This document shows positions 43,533 through 58,081 of a stretch of 64,000 nucleotides of DNA, piece after piece. The notes under the pieces were generated by a model. It did no database searches. It saw only the letters and a program-made list of their open reading frames with translations, and was not told the origin of the DNA. The stretch is from Eledone cirrhosa (Eukaryota): NCBI GenBank assembly GCA_964016885.1, contig OZ024753.1, positions 46,376,001 to 46,440,000 of the forward strand. Reading direction: 5' to 3'. The position numbers were made by a program, and so were the translations under genes. How positions within the stretch are numbered: position 1 is the stretch's first letter; each line of letters begins with the position of its first letter.

Positions 43533-43757
43533 CATACATACATACATACATACATACATACATACATACACAGGTACGAACGTACGTATGTAGGTACGTA
43601 GGTATATATGATGTTCGACGCGAGCATTTACACATACGACGTGGGAGACTATTCCTTAAATTTAAAGTAATGCCACAATTTCTTATGATATTCTCTGAAG
43701 ATATTGTATCGAAGAAAAACAACAACGTGAAAGATGAAAAAAATTACTTTTAGTTGA

Positions 43758-43975
43758 ATGTACAGAAGGAAAAGAAATTATAAATCGGTTTTTCCTTGGA
43801 GCTACGAAGTCAATAATGACCTATATAATTGTTATAAAATGGCAAAAGACAGCTCTATTGTTTATATGGACAGAATGAAGCTACACTGGGACGGACTTCA
43901 CCCAGAGCTAAATTATTTCATAGCTAAACAATTACACCAACAAGCAACGTTTGTCAAGCGTAAAAATAATATAAA
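43758..43975 (+). pseudogene. N-terminal fragment of an R4/Dong-type LINE ORF
   Basis: WSYEVNNDLYNCY...YMDRMKLHWDGLHPE...KQLHQQATFV resembles the R4/Dong N-terminal motif (WxxExNxxLxxCY...YxxRMxxxW...QxLxDQ). Confidence 0.55.
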
Positions 43976-44108
43976 CTTTTTTCAAAGTAACAACACTAAG
44001 TTAAACGGTTTAGATATAAACTTCCAAAATTTCCAAAATATCAACCATTAGTGTAGTCATTCTTTTTTGGCTAACATATCTTACAGAACCAAGGAATTCC
44101 CTTCATTT

Positions 44109-44175
<67 letters not shown>

Positions 44176-45218
44176 TATATATAAATATATATATATACAC
44201 ACACACGTTAGTGGTAGAGTCGGGTTTATAGCACAAATATCAAACTTGAGTCAATCATCTGTGAAACGTACGTAACTGAACGATAATAAAGAAAACATTC
44301 ATGTAAAACTTCCCCTTGTTATGCTTACCATACACACACACACACACACATTATATATATATATATATATATATACGTAAGATATTTATACTTCCTTATC
44401 TGTAGTAAAGGGGTCTCGTGTACAGGGTGGGGTGGCATATAAGATGGAGGGGCTGAGATATGCTAAAAGCGAGTGCTTGTTAGTGTACCACCCAATTGGC
44501 TATCAGGAATCGAGTTAGGGTCCTTCAGTGAATTGATATGACAGATAGCGTAATATGTCTTCTTGTAAGGGGGGGGGGGTATGTGGAGTAGGGTCTGGTG
44601 TGGTTTGGTGGAGGTAGTCAATGTATGCAGTGAGGGTACAGAACAGGAGTCGGCGTGGGTGGATGTATGTGTGTGTGTGTGTGTCTATTTGTCGGTCACA
44701 CACATATATATCTGATGGGCTCTCCCGTCGTGTACCGACGTATGGTGGTTCAACAGTCTTCTCAGTTTTTATGGTTATGCCTTAAATGGTACCTTAGTCC
44801 AGCTGCCAATTTACACATCAACAGCACAATGACAACAACAGCAACAACAGAGCATAACAACATAAGCAACATAACAGCAACAGAAACACAACAGCAGCAA
44901 CACAACAGCAGCAATATTCACATCAGCAAAAGTATCAACAATAACAACATTCACAGCAACAACATTAACAACAAATATTTACAGCAACAACAACAACAAC
45001 AAAAATAACAGGGTGGTGTAGGGGTGTGGCTGGTGTAGAGAAGAGATGTGGGGGTGTGAAGTGGTGTTGACGAGAGATGTAGGGGAGTGGGTGAGGTGGT
45101 GTATAGAAGAGATGTGTGGGTGGGGGTACATGAGTTTTAAATGATGTCTCTGGAATGTCCAGATGTAAACATAACAGACGTCTGGTCTTTCATCAGTCAA
45201 ATACGACATACACACACA

Positions 45219-45260
<42 letters not shown>

Positions 45261-45263
<3 letters not shown>

Positions 45264-45355
45264 CGGAAGAAATATGGTAAGGAACCAGGTGGACCATAAC
45301 GCACCAAAGTACTCAATACATAGGGTAGTAGAGTGGGTAATAGGAACGTTCCTAT
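45261..45355 (-). mobile_element. Family A copy: full tail plus 16-bp palindrome ATAGGAACGTTCCTAT
   Basis: Tail is near-identical to the reverse complement of 25738-25816; flanked by (TA)n. Confidence 0.85.
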
Positions 45356-45650
45356 ATATATAAAGACCTGGATACACATACGCAGGCACACACATGGATA
45401 CACATACATACACAAGATATACATATGGATAAATACACACACACACACAGTTCCATAATGTTGAATCTCTTGGAGTGTCGAAACGACAGGCCTGTGTCAT
45501 CATCTCTATAGAATCTCGTTGCTACCACTACTAACACTACTACCACAGCTTTTACTACTGCAGCCATCACTACCACTATCACCACTACTACTACTGGTGC
45601 TTTTGTTACCCTTCTTCTACCTCTATCTCTCTATCTCTCTCTTTCTCTCA

Positions 45651-45772
<122 letters not shown>

Positions 45773-46182
45773 ATATATGGCTGTCTATTAATCTGACTGC
45801 AACTCTGAAACATTGCTTTGCCGCTCTTTCAAGTAGCTGAAAGCAAAGTTCCTCATTATCACCTCACTTCCGGTTTAAGACCATCTCTTATCACACTCAC
45901 CTCACCTGTCTACACCTTCCCCACCTCTTAATGTAAACTTCTAAATGAGGTGGTGAGAGAGGGAATAGCCTACTACTTTCACACACGTTCTCTCACACAA
46001 ATATATACATACACACACTATCATGAACACACAGAGAAAGAGAGAGAGAGAGAGAGATGCACAAATATACATTCTTAAATATACACATGTGTGTTTCTGT
46101 GTGTGTATATTCTGGTACTCTGCGTGTTTGGTGTGATTATGTTTATGTATATGTGTGTGATTGTTTGTTTGACTAGTTGTAT

Positions 46183-46705
46183 GTGTATATCTGTTGATGT
46201 GTCTGTACGTGTATATCTGTTGATGTGTCTGTATGTGTATATCTGTTGATGTGTCTGTACGTGTATATCTGTTGATGTGTCTGTACGTGTATATCTGTTG
46301 ATGTGTCTGTATGTGTATATCTGTTGATGTGTCTGTATGTGTATATCTGTTGATGTGTCTGTATGTGTATATCTGTTGATGTGTCTGTATGTGTATATCT
46401 GTTGATGTGTCTGTACGTGTATATCTGTTTATGTGTCTGTACGTGTATATCTGTTGATGTGTCTGTACGTGTATATCTGTTGATGTGTCTGTATGTGTAT
46501 ATCTGTTGATGTGTCTGTATGTGTATATCTGTTGATGTGTCTGTATGTGTATATCTGTTGATGTGTCTGTATGTGTATATCTGTTGATGTGTCTGTATGT
46601 GTATATCTGTTGATGTGTCTGTATGTGTATATCTGTTGATGTGCCTGTGCGTGTATATCTGTTGATGTGCCTGTATGTGTCTATCTATCGACGTGTCTGT
46701 ATGTG
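46183..46705. repeat. Minisatellite, 26-bp unit (TATCTGTTGATGTGTCTGTAYGTGTA), ~19 copies
   Basis: Seen directly in sequence. Confidence 0.95.
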
Positions 46706-47487
46706 TAAATGTGTGTGTATGTGTATATGTGTCTGTATGCGTAAATGTGTAGATGTGTCTGTGTTTTACATATGTTCTTTATTACGCAAAGAAAGGGATT
46801 GACTGTAAGTCTCATACATAGGTTGATACTGACCTAAGTTGCTTACTGCCGCACTGGATTACTGAGTGATGTTGGTATAAACAGAACAGAAACCTGAATT
46901 AATACTGCTAGCTCAGCATTATAGTAATACATAGAAGGAGCAGAAAGGAGTGTTGCAGAGGATATACACCATTCAGGGAAAATATATTTAGTAAATAATT
47001 CTTTTTTACCAAAGTTTGACAAATAACTTCATACTCCTGAGATTCATATTCCATGGCATTCATTTCCACTCCAAAAAAATAAGGAGTATCTCCTGTATTT
47101 AAGGATGTTGGGGATAAGCCTTTACTGACCAGTCCATTATAATATGAGACTGTCCCTATGTCTTGGAATCTTATGACTAAAGTGACCAATCGCTTCCAGC
47201 TGTTATTATGAAATAAAATAAAATTGTTTTACGACGAAAGTTGAACATAAATCAAATAGAATTTCAGTAAACATTCGAAGATGTTAGGAAATGGGATTAT
47301 ATTTGCTGGCGTTAACATATTGATCAAGTATTGGCGATTGAACAATTAATTTAGCCAGGGCACAATGTTATCGATTAATTTAACAATTGAAGAACATGAA
47401 ATTTGTAAACAACGAAATTTTAGAAATATATATTTTCTATGAATTAATCTACAATTTTTAGCAAACGAAACAATCGTTGTTGATATA

Positions 47488-47527
<40 letters not shown>

Positions 47528-47844
47528 CAAAACATTATTATATGTTAATTAAAATTACTCCTGATCGAAAACTAAGCATAAAAATGGTATATGCCCTGTG
47601 GTCTGAGAGAGAGAGAGAGAGGGTGAGAGAGAGAGAGAGAGTTTGTGTGTGTGTGTGTGTGTGCGTGCGTTTGCTTATTTACATCAACAAACTAAACTTT
47701 TTCAGATATAACTATTTTGTTTTTCTTTTCACTTGCTTGCACAACATGCTGTCAAGTTCCAGTACACCTCAAATATTTGTATCCTCTTCCATCTGGTTCA
47801 CCTATTTCATCTCCTGTTGGCAATTTAATATTAATGTAGTCTAC

Positions 47845-48520
47845 CCTCTGCATGACTAGTTTGAAAGAGGCACAGAAAACAAAATATTGTGAGTCATGGA
47901 ACTGGTTCAGAAAAGGTAACTTGAACAGGGAAACAGGAAATCTCACTATTAGCAGCTGAAGAGCAGGCTTTAAATACCAGTACAGTACAGAGAGAAATAT
48001 ACAACATGCTGGTGTCGAACATATCTTGATTGTGTGAGGTTCATGTGGAGAATGTGTTGTATATTGTTGGTGGCTGTGAAGGAGACAAAAGGAGGCAGGA
48101 TAAGTTTTGTGTTAATCTGTATTGGATGTTGTGCAAGAAGTATGACATTGATGTTGTAGAGAATTGTTATCAACACAAACCAGAATCTGTGATAGAGAAG
48201 GAAAGTGTTAAGATATTATGGGATATAAGAATTCAAACACAGAGAGATCAAACACAGATGGCCTGACATTGTAGCGATTGAGAAAATAGCAAATAAGGGT
48301 TTTATTATCGATGTAGCCTATTAAGTGGACACCAATCTGGCGGTAAAGAGTTGTGAGAAGTTAGGAAATTACTCAGGGTATAAGGATGTAGGATCAATCC
48401 CTCCAGATTTCTACAACCAATTGAAAAAAGAAAAAACTCAACTCAAATCAACATTGAATACCAGGTGGGAATTGTTCAGAAATCAGTTGGTCAAACAACA
48501 CATGATAGGATTCTTATTAT
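47845..48520 (+). pseudogene. Decayed R4/Dong-type LINE C-terminus (zinc knuckle + restriction-like endonuclease)
   Basis: SWNWFRKGNLNRET..LLAAEEQALNT; YWMLCKKY..HKPESVIEKESVKILWDIRIQT; PDIVAIEK..FIIDVA (PD..D motif). Contains frameshifts and stops. Confidence 0.8.
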
Positions 48521-48834
48521 TCGAACATTTTTGATGAGAAGTATGTGCGATCCACAGAGACAAAGTTAAAGAAAACAACAAAACGATGTCTCCCTTGATC
48601 TAGACACCCAAGCAACTAGCACACAATTTATACCATAAATTACTGTAACAATAATGAAATATAACATTTCTTCTCTTGCTCTCGCAAGTCGACGAGGAAA
48701 TATTTACAGTCAATAGCATCATGACATTTCATTAATGATAAAACTTAACATCCTTAAAATAATCAACAATGTTTTGCTTTTGCTTTTTCAGAGAACATTC
48801 AATTTCCTGGCATCGACTTTCTTTAAACGTTTTG

Positions 48835-49270
48835 TTAGTGTTGTTGTTGGTGGTGGTGGTGTGTTAGTGGTGGTGGTGTTAATGGTGGTGTTAGTGGTGG
48901 TGGTGTTAGTGGTAGTGGTTGTGGTGGTAGTGGTGGTGGTGGTTGTGGTGGTGGTGGTGTTGGTGGTGTTGGTGGTGATAAGTGTGTAGTGGTGGTTATT
49001 ATTGATGTAGTGGTTGTTGTTGGTAGTGGTGGTGGTGGTGTTAGTAGTGGTGGTGGTGGTGGTGGTGATGGTAGTGGGTGTTGCTGTTGTGGTGGTGTTA
49101 GTGGTGGTGGTGATGGTAGTGGGTGTTGTTGTGGTGGCGGTGGGTGTTATTGATGTTGGTATTGTTGATGCTCCTGCGTTTTCTTTTTTGGTTTTTGTTG
49201 GTGTTGTTAATGTTGTTAGTATTGTAGTTGTTGATGCTGTTATTGTTGATGTCGTTGTTGTTGTTGTTGC
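48835..49270. repeat. (GGT/GTT)n repeat
   Basis: Seen directly in sequence. Confidence 0.9.
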
Positions 49271-49810
49271 GTATATTGAAGTCGGTGTCGTTTTTATTCT
49301 TTATTTTCACCGTAAGGTGTGTGGCTCTGTGCGTGTGTGTGTGTTTGTATGTGTGGCTCTGTGTGTGTGTGTTTGTATGTGTGTGTCTGTGTGTTTGGTT
49401 TGTATGTGTGTGTGTATGTGTCGAAAGTTAATTTAAAATTATACAAATGAATTCCTCGATCAGAACTCATTTAGTCATCCATTAATTGTTCAACTAAATT
49501 TTCTGTGGGGAGTGGAGATAGTGGGGGGATAGTAGGGGTGGATAGCAAAACTGGGGGTAGTGTGGGTAGGAGAAGTGATGGGGGTGTCGAGTTCTAACTA
49601 TTTCTGATAAAACAAAGGAACAAATGAAATCAAGAAAGAAATAACATTTAAATATATATATATATATATATATATACGATGATGCATAAGTTCAAGCACT
49701 CAACGCCATGTGTATATTTCCAAATACGATTTGGTAGTTCACGACGGCATATACGTACAATAAGGATACCTTTGACAGCCAAATGTAGATATTCATAATA
49801 CACACATATA

Positions 49811-49877
<67 letters not shown>

Positions 49878-49880
<3 letters not shown>

Positions 49881-50626
49881 CAAGGTCTAGCAAATAGAGA
49901 AAAAAATTTTAAATAAATTTTAAAAAGTTCACTGTACTTACTATATGTGCCTTTACCGCGCGGTTTCAAACCCCAACATAAATAGATAATCCCAGCGGAT
50001 TTCCATTGAGAAAGAGAATTTTCGTCAGAAGGCTTTTCTCGCTCGGAGAATATAAAATTCCCGAGTTCAAATCACAAACTGGCGCCATACAAAACTGTTC
50101 CCGAATGAGAGTAAATGATGAAAGAAACAATTTTGTCTAGTGCCGTGTGTAAAGACAAAAGGCAGGGCGGACAGGTCAATGTCCTGCTACTAGAAATAGC
50201 AGCAATTCAAACGACCAAAAGTTATCTTAACCTGAGGGGAGATTATTAATAAAGTAAGGGCGGTGAATTGGCAGTATCGGTATAGGGTCGGACATGCTTT
50301 CCAGCATAGTTACGTCGCCTTACGATCTGAGTTCAAATCCTGCCGAGGTTAACTTTGCCTTTCATCCTTACGGGGTCGATAAAATAAAGTACCAGTAACG
50401 TACTGGGTAATTGCTGGCCTTGTGCCAAATGTAGAAACAATTAATAAAGTATGTGTTCCTACGTGTAAAAAATACATACAGGGATACAAGTATTGTCCAA
50501 CCGTATGCCAATGTGGTTCTATTACAGGTTAATAAATTAACAAGCCAGAACATATAAAATCAAGGTCTAGCAAATAGAGAAAAAGTTTTAAAATAAATTT
50601 TAAAAAGTTCACTGTACTTACTATAT
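49878..50626. repeat. ~69-bp direct repeats (49878-49946 / 50558-50626) bracketing ~610 bp, embedded in (TA)n
   Basis: AATCAAGGTCTAGCAAATAGAGA...AAGTTCACTGTACTTACTATAT occurs twice. Confidence 0.85.
50257..50451 (+). mobile_element. tRNA-derived SINE with 12-bp TSD
   Basis: Consensus match. ATTAATAAAGTA at 50245-50256 and 50440-50451. Confidence 0.9.
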
Positions 50627-50890
50627 ATATATATATAATATATGTATATGTGTGTGTATATATATATATGTATGTGTGCATATAAATATATATATATGCA
50701 CACATACAAACACTGGATGTGAAAGGGTAATACAAGGGGGAAATCATGCAGACAGTGAAATGCATAATACATAATTCGTGGCATCAAGTGGTTTGTAAAA
50801 TGTCGAAGAGGGAAATTTAAAAAAGTCAAGGTTGAGTTAACAACGAGAGGAAGAACTTAGAGACTCTCTCTGTACATACACACACAACAC

Positions 50891-50975
<85 letters not shown>

Positions 50976-53344
50976 CTTATTCATGCTCTACTGGATCCCA
51001 TAATTAATTTTTATTAATTAAATTTTGGGTTATCTCTCCTGCCTTTTTTTACCAGAATTTCTCATTTAAATAATAATTGTTCTCAGCAGGCTGTAATTAT
51101 ATTTAATTAGATTTTGTAGTTTTACTTCAATTATTTGCATCAAGTGTTTGTTTTGGCTGTTTTGAGTTATAAGTTCCCGAGAGGTAAGTTTAACCAGTCA
51201 CCTGGTTTAACACCACCCTCGTTTTTGGCTGCCTTTAGTGTCCAGTTTGAATACTTCCACCGTCCCTCTCTCCTGCCAATTCTGGAGACCTTGTACACTA
51301 ATGTCTACTCGAGTATTTAGTTTTCCTGTAGCTGACGTCACAAGGTGTACAACCACCCACCATGTTTTATCGCTTCTTTGCGGTTTATTCACAAAATGTT
51401 CACATTCCCCTCGAGTTATTTAAGACATACAATGACAAATAAATTATATTACGCTGACAAAAACATACAGTTTTGTCAATAAAGGTAATATCTAAACCAG
51501 TGGTAACCACTTGCAGCTACATGGACTGAGTTGCTGACAGAGCTGGGTGAACTTCAAGTATTCAATGTGCTCGATATATGACCAATACTCCGGCTTCTTA
51601 TCTGATATTATTAGCAATTCAGTAATGCAACGAATTTCGCATTCCCAGAGTTATTAGAGTCGTTGAGATGTTCTCTGCTGTTTGTTCTACATTTCTGCAC
51701 TCTAAGTTCAAACCTCACCCATGATATCTTTCACACCCTTGGAATCGGTCACTCTTCCTCCTCTCTCTCTCTCGCACACACACACACACACATACACACA
51801 CACAAAAACACACTTGAAATTTGTTATTTTGCACTGTGAAAAAGAATAACTACCATCCACACAACTCAGTGGACAGGACAAGAAAAAAATAGAAACTACC
51901 CCCTCACTTATCTATGAGGAGCCCACGACACGACTCCACATGAGGCACAACACAATGACACCATTTTGAAACTAGGAAAATAAAGTAACGATCCCAGGAA
52001 TTGAAACCCTGTCGTTCTATTCAGCTGCTTGGGATCTTACTACCTAATTTATTTAACTGCCATAACTTATGACGGCATAAAAGATGCAGAAAAAAGATAA
52101 ATGATCAGTTTTTTGTGAGGTTTGAGTTTTTATTTTTTAGTTTCCTTCAGAAATAAAATAATGTAATATGAATATAATATGAAATAGAAAAATATGAAGT
52201 AATATATTACAAAATTAAATATATAAAATAACGAGAAATTAAATTAAATTAAATTAAAAACTGATAAAGATCAAAGGAAGAATTATAACAACTCTACGAA
52301 ATAAAATTTTTTCGAAAAACAAAACAGACAAATAATATAAACATTTAAAAAAAGACAATAAAAGAAAAGGAAAGAAGGAAATAAAGAAGGAACGAAAGAG
52401 AAATTAAAGGCGATATTTAAAGAGGAGTTTATCAACAAAGAGTGTTGTTATTGAACTAATAATAGTTTAATTATTTAGTATCAAATTTTAGTTTATGATG
52501 TGTAGAGAGGGAGATATATAGAGGAAGAGAGAAGGAGATATATAGGAAGAGAGAGGGAGAGAGAGGAGATATATAGAGGAGGTGAGAGGGAGAGAGAGAA
52601 GGAGGAGATATATAGAGGTAGAGCGAGGATGAGAGGGAGGGAGAGAGCAAGGGAGAAGATATATAGAGGAAGAGAGACAGAAAGATAGGAAATGAGAGGG
52701 AAAGAAAGGGGGAGATATATATAGAGGAAGAGAGAGAGGAAGAGAGACAGGGAAGAGAGAGGAAGAAAGGGGGGAGAGAGGGGAAGAGAGACACAGAGTA
52801 AGGAAGGGAGACCTACAAACATTAAAAAGTCTTCCTTACTTTCCCTGTTTACTCTGAGCTATAACTTATTAGTTGTGGTGGTGGTGGTGGTAGTAATGGC
52901 GGTGTGTTTATTCACCAATATATTTTACACAATGGTCGGTTAAGACAGACAATTTTAAATAAACTTCTCCACTCCCCAAAGACATACATCTTTCTTTGGC
53001 CGTTGAGTTATTACATAAACCACCAAGTAATATAATATAGCATACCATAAATATGGTATAAAGTAATATACTACAGATTTTATATAATATAATGTAATAT
53101 ATATAGTATATATTATATAATATGATGAAGTATATGAAATATATATAATATAATGTAATATATATAATATATGATGTATACTATAAGTACGTTGTAATGT
53201 TGGGAACTTACCAAGACGTCTGTTGGAAAATCTTTCATGTTTATTTTGGCTTTCCTTGATCCAGTTTCAAATCCCACTGAAATCAAAAAAAATTTTGCAA
53301 ATATTATATTTGATGTCTTATTAAAACTACATCCATAACTAATA

Positions 53345-53650
53345 GTGTACTGTGTAGTATACTGTATATTTTACTGTACTATGTAGTGTACTGCGTAGTG
53401 TACTGTGTATTGTATTGTGTACCGTACTATGTACTGTACTGTGTACTGTATTGTGTACCGTACTATGTACTGTGTAGTGTACTGTGTACTGTATTGTGTA
53501 CCGTACGATGTACTGTGTAGTGTACTGTGTACTGTATTGTGTACCGTAGTATGTACTGTGAAGTGTACTGTGTACTGTATTGTGTACCGTACTATGTACT
53601 GTGTAGTGTACTGTGTACTGTATTGTGTACCGTACTATGTACTGTGTGTA
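53345..53650. repeat. Minisatellite, 43-bp higher-order unit built from GTACT/GTGTA subunits
   Basis: The CCG marker recurs with 43-bp spacing (53458, 53501 and onward). Confidence 0.85.
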
Positions 53651-54867
53651 CGTTAAAGTACACATCTGGGGAATACCTTTGTGGTTCAATGGGAGAAGAT
53701 TAATTCGACATTCATAGTTTTTCGACTTAAGTCTCGATTTATGGGACCATTTAACGACGTAGGGTGAGGTACCATAACTACCTTTGCTGTATCAATGAGA
53801 CATGTCAAGACTGGGTGTGAGAAAGGTCTCTTGTGTCCAGAACCCTGGTCCTAAGTCACCTCATGGTCCTACAGGACAGAATAGACAAAATGTTACCTCG
53901 CAGAGGATACTGGGGAAAGATATGTTGAAATATCCATTGCAGCTGGTATGCCACAGTCCTACAGGTGGTCAACTCCGCTCCGATAGTAATGAATGTCTGC
54001 TGAGGGAGTTGTAGGAGTGCCGTATTGACATACGGCGTTTCTGGGACATTTTTTAAACCTGGCGGAGCCCAATCCCTTCTAGGTCTGAATACAGAAGATT
54101 TCTTTTGACGACTCTGTCAATTCGCCTCCAATGAACGTATAGACAGCTTCACTTGTTATTCTCATTGTATATCTTGTATATTGGCAATTGTAGCGAGGAA
54201 CCCGGGAAGATTTTCATAGAAATAAAAATTTCTTGATTTTGAAAAAATTTGAGAATATTGTCTGACCCTGAGATAATGAAGAATGTAAAGAGAGATTAGT
54301 TGTGGTGGCAGTATGATGAAGTCTTCATTATCTGAACCATTTAAAAACAAGGATGTTTATGAGAAGGTTTAATGGTGGTGGTGTGGGGGTTAGTGGTGGT
54401 GGTCATCGTCTTCGTGATGCTGGTGGTGGTAATGGTCGTGGTAGTGGTGAAGGTGAGGGTGTTGATACGGTGGTGATTAGGTTTAATGTATTAGAAAACT
54501 ATATTTGATACGGAAAGCTAACACAACAACAACAACAATAATAACTATAACATTAACAACAATAGCAATAATAATAACAATAATAATAACAATAATCATT
54601 GCCTTTCGGAAGCGGAGGATACCTAATTGTGAAGAGAGTAAAGTTTATAAAATTATGAAAGAAATGAAGAGAGACTGAGAGGGCGGAGAAGGAGATGGGG
54701 GTGAGAGAGAGAGAGAGAGAGAGAAACAGACAGAGATAGGATGAGAGACAAAGAGAGAAAGCAAAAGTGAGAATAGAAGAATGCGAGACAGAGAGAGTGA
54801 GAGAGAGAGAGAGAGGAGGGCGAGAGAGTAGAGATAGAAAGACAGAGAGAGGGGGAGATAGTTGCAG

Positions 54868-54916
<49 letters not shown>

Positions 54917-55602
54917 AGAAAGAAAGAGATAGTAAAAAAGAAAGAGAGAGGGGGGTATTGTGAAATGTGAACGTTAAAACGATATAAAATTGATGATGTG
55001 TGAAATGAGGGTTTGAAGAAATATATTGTATTTATTATGGTTAGTCATGAAAGGGTTAATAATGGTGTTGTTGTTGTTATGGTAGAGCTGAGGTGGTGGT
55101 GGTGTTATGGTAGGGCTGAGGTGGTGGTGTTATGGTAGGGGGGTTATGGTAGGAGGGGCTGTGGTTCTCGTAGGAGACCTCTGGCATATATGTGTCTACA
55201 GGTGTAAGAATGAACATATATTTAGTTATATGGGAATAGTGTATATACACTGTAAAATATGGTTATTATGTATATATATATATATGTATGTGTGTGTATA
55301 TATTCTCTCTTTCTCTCTCCTTTTCCTCCTGGCCTTTTGATTAATAAAAGGCCTTGGGCGCACCCGAACTACACCGATGTCCTGTAATTCAGCGCCGAAA
55401 CATCAGATCGGGAAACATTTACAGCTGATGATGGAAACTCCTTTCTTCCTTTCTCCTCCTGTTCCGTCCTAACCACCATCCTAAACCTTGTTTTTAGTAA
55501 CCACACAGCTCCTTTCGTTTCATATCATTTTATATATATATGTATATGTACGTATGTATATATGTATTTATGCATACATGTGTGATGATATATATATATA
55601 TT

Positions 55603-55680
55603 ATAAAGAGTCGGGACCCCGACGGCTGAGCTCTTGTCGTTTCAACAGCTAATTCCAGTCAGGAAGAAGCTGTTGAAACT
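55603..55680 (-). mobile_element. Family A diverged copy with short fold-back
   Basis: GACCCCGACGGCTGAGCTC..GTTTCAACAGCT...AGCTGTTGAAAC. Confidence 0.7.
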
Positions 55681-56506
55681 CCTTTGTTTAGTTTGGAAAT
55701 TCATTAAATTAGACTTCATCAACAGAATTAAATGACGGTAGCAATGGTGTTTAGATGTCTTGCAGTAGATCACAAGTAACGAAGATACAGGAAGAAGTCT
55801 TCAAAGCAACATTTAAAAAACATATTCAATTGTTAGTTTCCAACATTTTCATAGGGCTGTATCCTTGTTTCGATCTTTGGTTTGTAATATGCTATTCGTA
55901 GAGCTACCAATGATACCTTCCATTCTTTTTTATTCAGCTTAACCTGAACAGCATAAAACAATCCCAATCAGTCTATCCGCCAGAAATATTTACCCACCCC
56001 TAAACCTGCCCGTGTTTCAAGAGCCGGGGACATTCACTTACAATTCCTCCCAGATACAAATTTTTAACCAACAGAACCATGACAAAGTTTCTGAAACTAC
56101 GCATGAAAGACAGTAATTTAACACTTTCGTGATTATGTTTCTAAATATACACAGTATTCTGATTGACTAATTAAATGTTTAGGGGAATTATTAAAAATAT
56201 ACGTTTTTCATAATTACGATAGTATTTGTTACATGAGAAATGGTTCTTATACAAATTTATGCTGGAAGCTTTTAGGGTTTGGTACGTAATACCAAAGAAA
56301 CCTTTGAGTAAATTGCTATCAAACGGATTCAACAATCTCTAAGGGTATTTAAGACATAACTAATTGGTTAATTAGGGTTATATAACATTCTAATTAATAT
56401 TGCATAAAAATATGCCCACATACTTAAACACAGATACACAAGTGCACTGCCACACACACGTACATATGCACGCATATACATAAATATATATAACATAGCG
56501 TGGAGT

Positions 56507-57256
56507 TACGAATGCAAATTCGGTCTGTAGCTTTAGCACTCGGGTGGGAAAAAGTACCCCAGAGTAATAACAATACGTTTAGACAGCTTAGCAAATCAAA
56601 TATAGAGATCGGCAGTCCAGCCGTATCACTAGAGCAATGAAAGTACAGGACTCAAGAAAAGATTTTAGACCGACCTGGACAAAACGGTGAGGCTGAATGC
56701 AAAATATATAAATAGCATACGATATACATCACATACAGCACACAACATCAGCGCTAGGTTTCTGCAAATCCAAGATCGACAAATTCCGCTTGCAGGAGTC
56801 TGCAATTTAATGGTTTTTGACGACAGAACAAAGGATTTCCTTCCTCAGCAAGTCTTGTGTTCTTTTTAGCCTCCGCAGGTATGCTCTAGCATTAAATTTC
56901 GCTATAGACACGTGGTTTTCTCCAAGGGAGGTCACCCCCGCTTTGGCGATGAATTCCAATTTGAGACAAAGGAATGAATTCCTTTAGACAAACCGAATTA
57001 AGCACTCAACCTGAAGTTACCAAACAAACATAAACAATTAATCAATCAATAGAATCGTCTAATTAAATTAATCAGTTAATCGTTAATTCTAGGAGTAAAA
57101 TACAAATTTTAGTACAACATTAACGAAGCTTTAGTTTGCGGCCAAGCTAACGAATGCAAATTCGGTCTGTAGCTTTAGAACTCGGATGGGGAAAAGTACC
57201 CCAGAGTAATAACAATACGTTTAGACAGCTTAGCAAATCAAATATAGAGATCGGCA
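56507..57256. mobile_element. Partial-tandem arrangement of family D repeat (~108-bp direct repeats, 56507-56613 / 57149-57256)
   Basis: Near-identical direct repeats ~640 bp apart. Confidence 0.7.
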
Positions 57257-57529
57257 ACATAACAGAGTTCTTTGTCGCCTGAGATTTCAACCTCCAAAGG
57301 TTAAACACAACGAATTCACCGAAGCCCACCCCTTTTATAACACTGAGCTTCATAATGCAGAGTTTCAGACGATTACAAACTCTGATAGACAATGTCGAAG
57401 ACTATATAGAATGTTCACACTGGACTGTATTTATTCTGTTATTATTTTACTGTTCAAAATAAAACATGTTTTATGAAAATTGACCAATAATTAATAAAAT
57501 GAACAATTTTAAATAGAGAGTTTGAGTTT

Positions 57530-57767
57530 TTGTATAGACATGTGCGTATATTGCTTAGAAACGCCCTGTATATCCATGTATGTATATTGCCTAGAAACAG
57601 CCTGTATATACATGTGAGTAGATTGCCTACACCCTGTATATGCATGTGTGAAGGTTGCCTACACACTGTATATGCATGTGCGTAGATTGCCTAGACACAC
57701 CCTGTATATACATGTATGTAGATTGCCTAGACACACCCTGTATATACATGTATGTATATTGCCTAGA
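57530..57767. repeat. Minisatellite, ~36-bp unit (GATTGCCTAGACACACCCTGTATATACATGTATGTA), ~6-7 copies
   Basis: Seen directly in sequence. Confidence 0.85.
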
Positions 57768-57865
57768 TAGATCAGTATTGTACTCTCAGTCGCTTAGCAT
57801 CGAGGAAACCTGGGGTAAGCACCAGCCTAACGAGCCTTCAGCTTAGAAAAGACTTTAACTTAACT

Positions 57866-58081
57866 AAGACTAAATAATTGTTTCTACTTTTGGCACAAGG
57901 CCAGCAATTATCCCACTGTATTACTGGTACTTTATTTTATCGACCCTGTAAGGATGAAAGGAAAAGTTTACCTCGGCGGGATTTGAACTCTGATAGTAAA
58001 GGGGCGTAACTCTATGCTGCAAAGCATGGCGTCCGACCCTCTACCGATACTGCCAATCCACCGCCCTAAAGACTAAATAAT
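57866..58081 (-). mobile_element. Full-length tRNA-derived SINE with 13-bp TSD
   Basis: AAGACTAAATAAT at 57866-57878 and 58069-58081. Confidence 0.9.

Noticed and set aside
45455-45505. GAAA-cgacaggcctgtg-TC hammerhead 3' half (similar partial motifs near 4740, 13465, 21190, 42585 and 55425)
   Set aside because: The CUGANGA core or stem I/II is missing. These may be decayed copies but cannot be supported individually.
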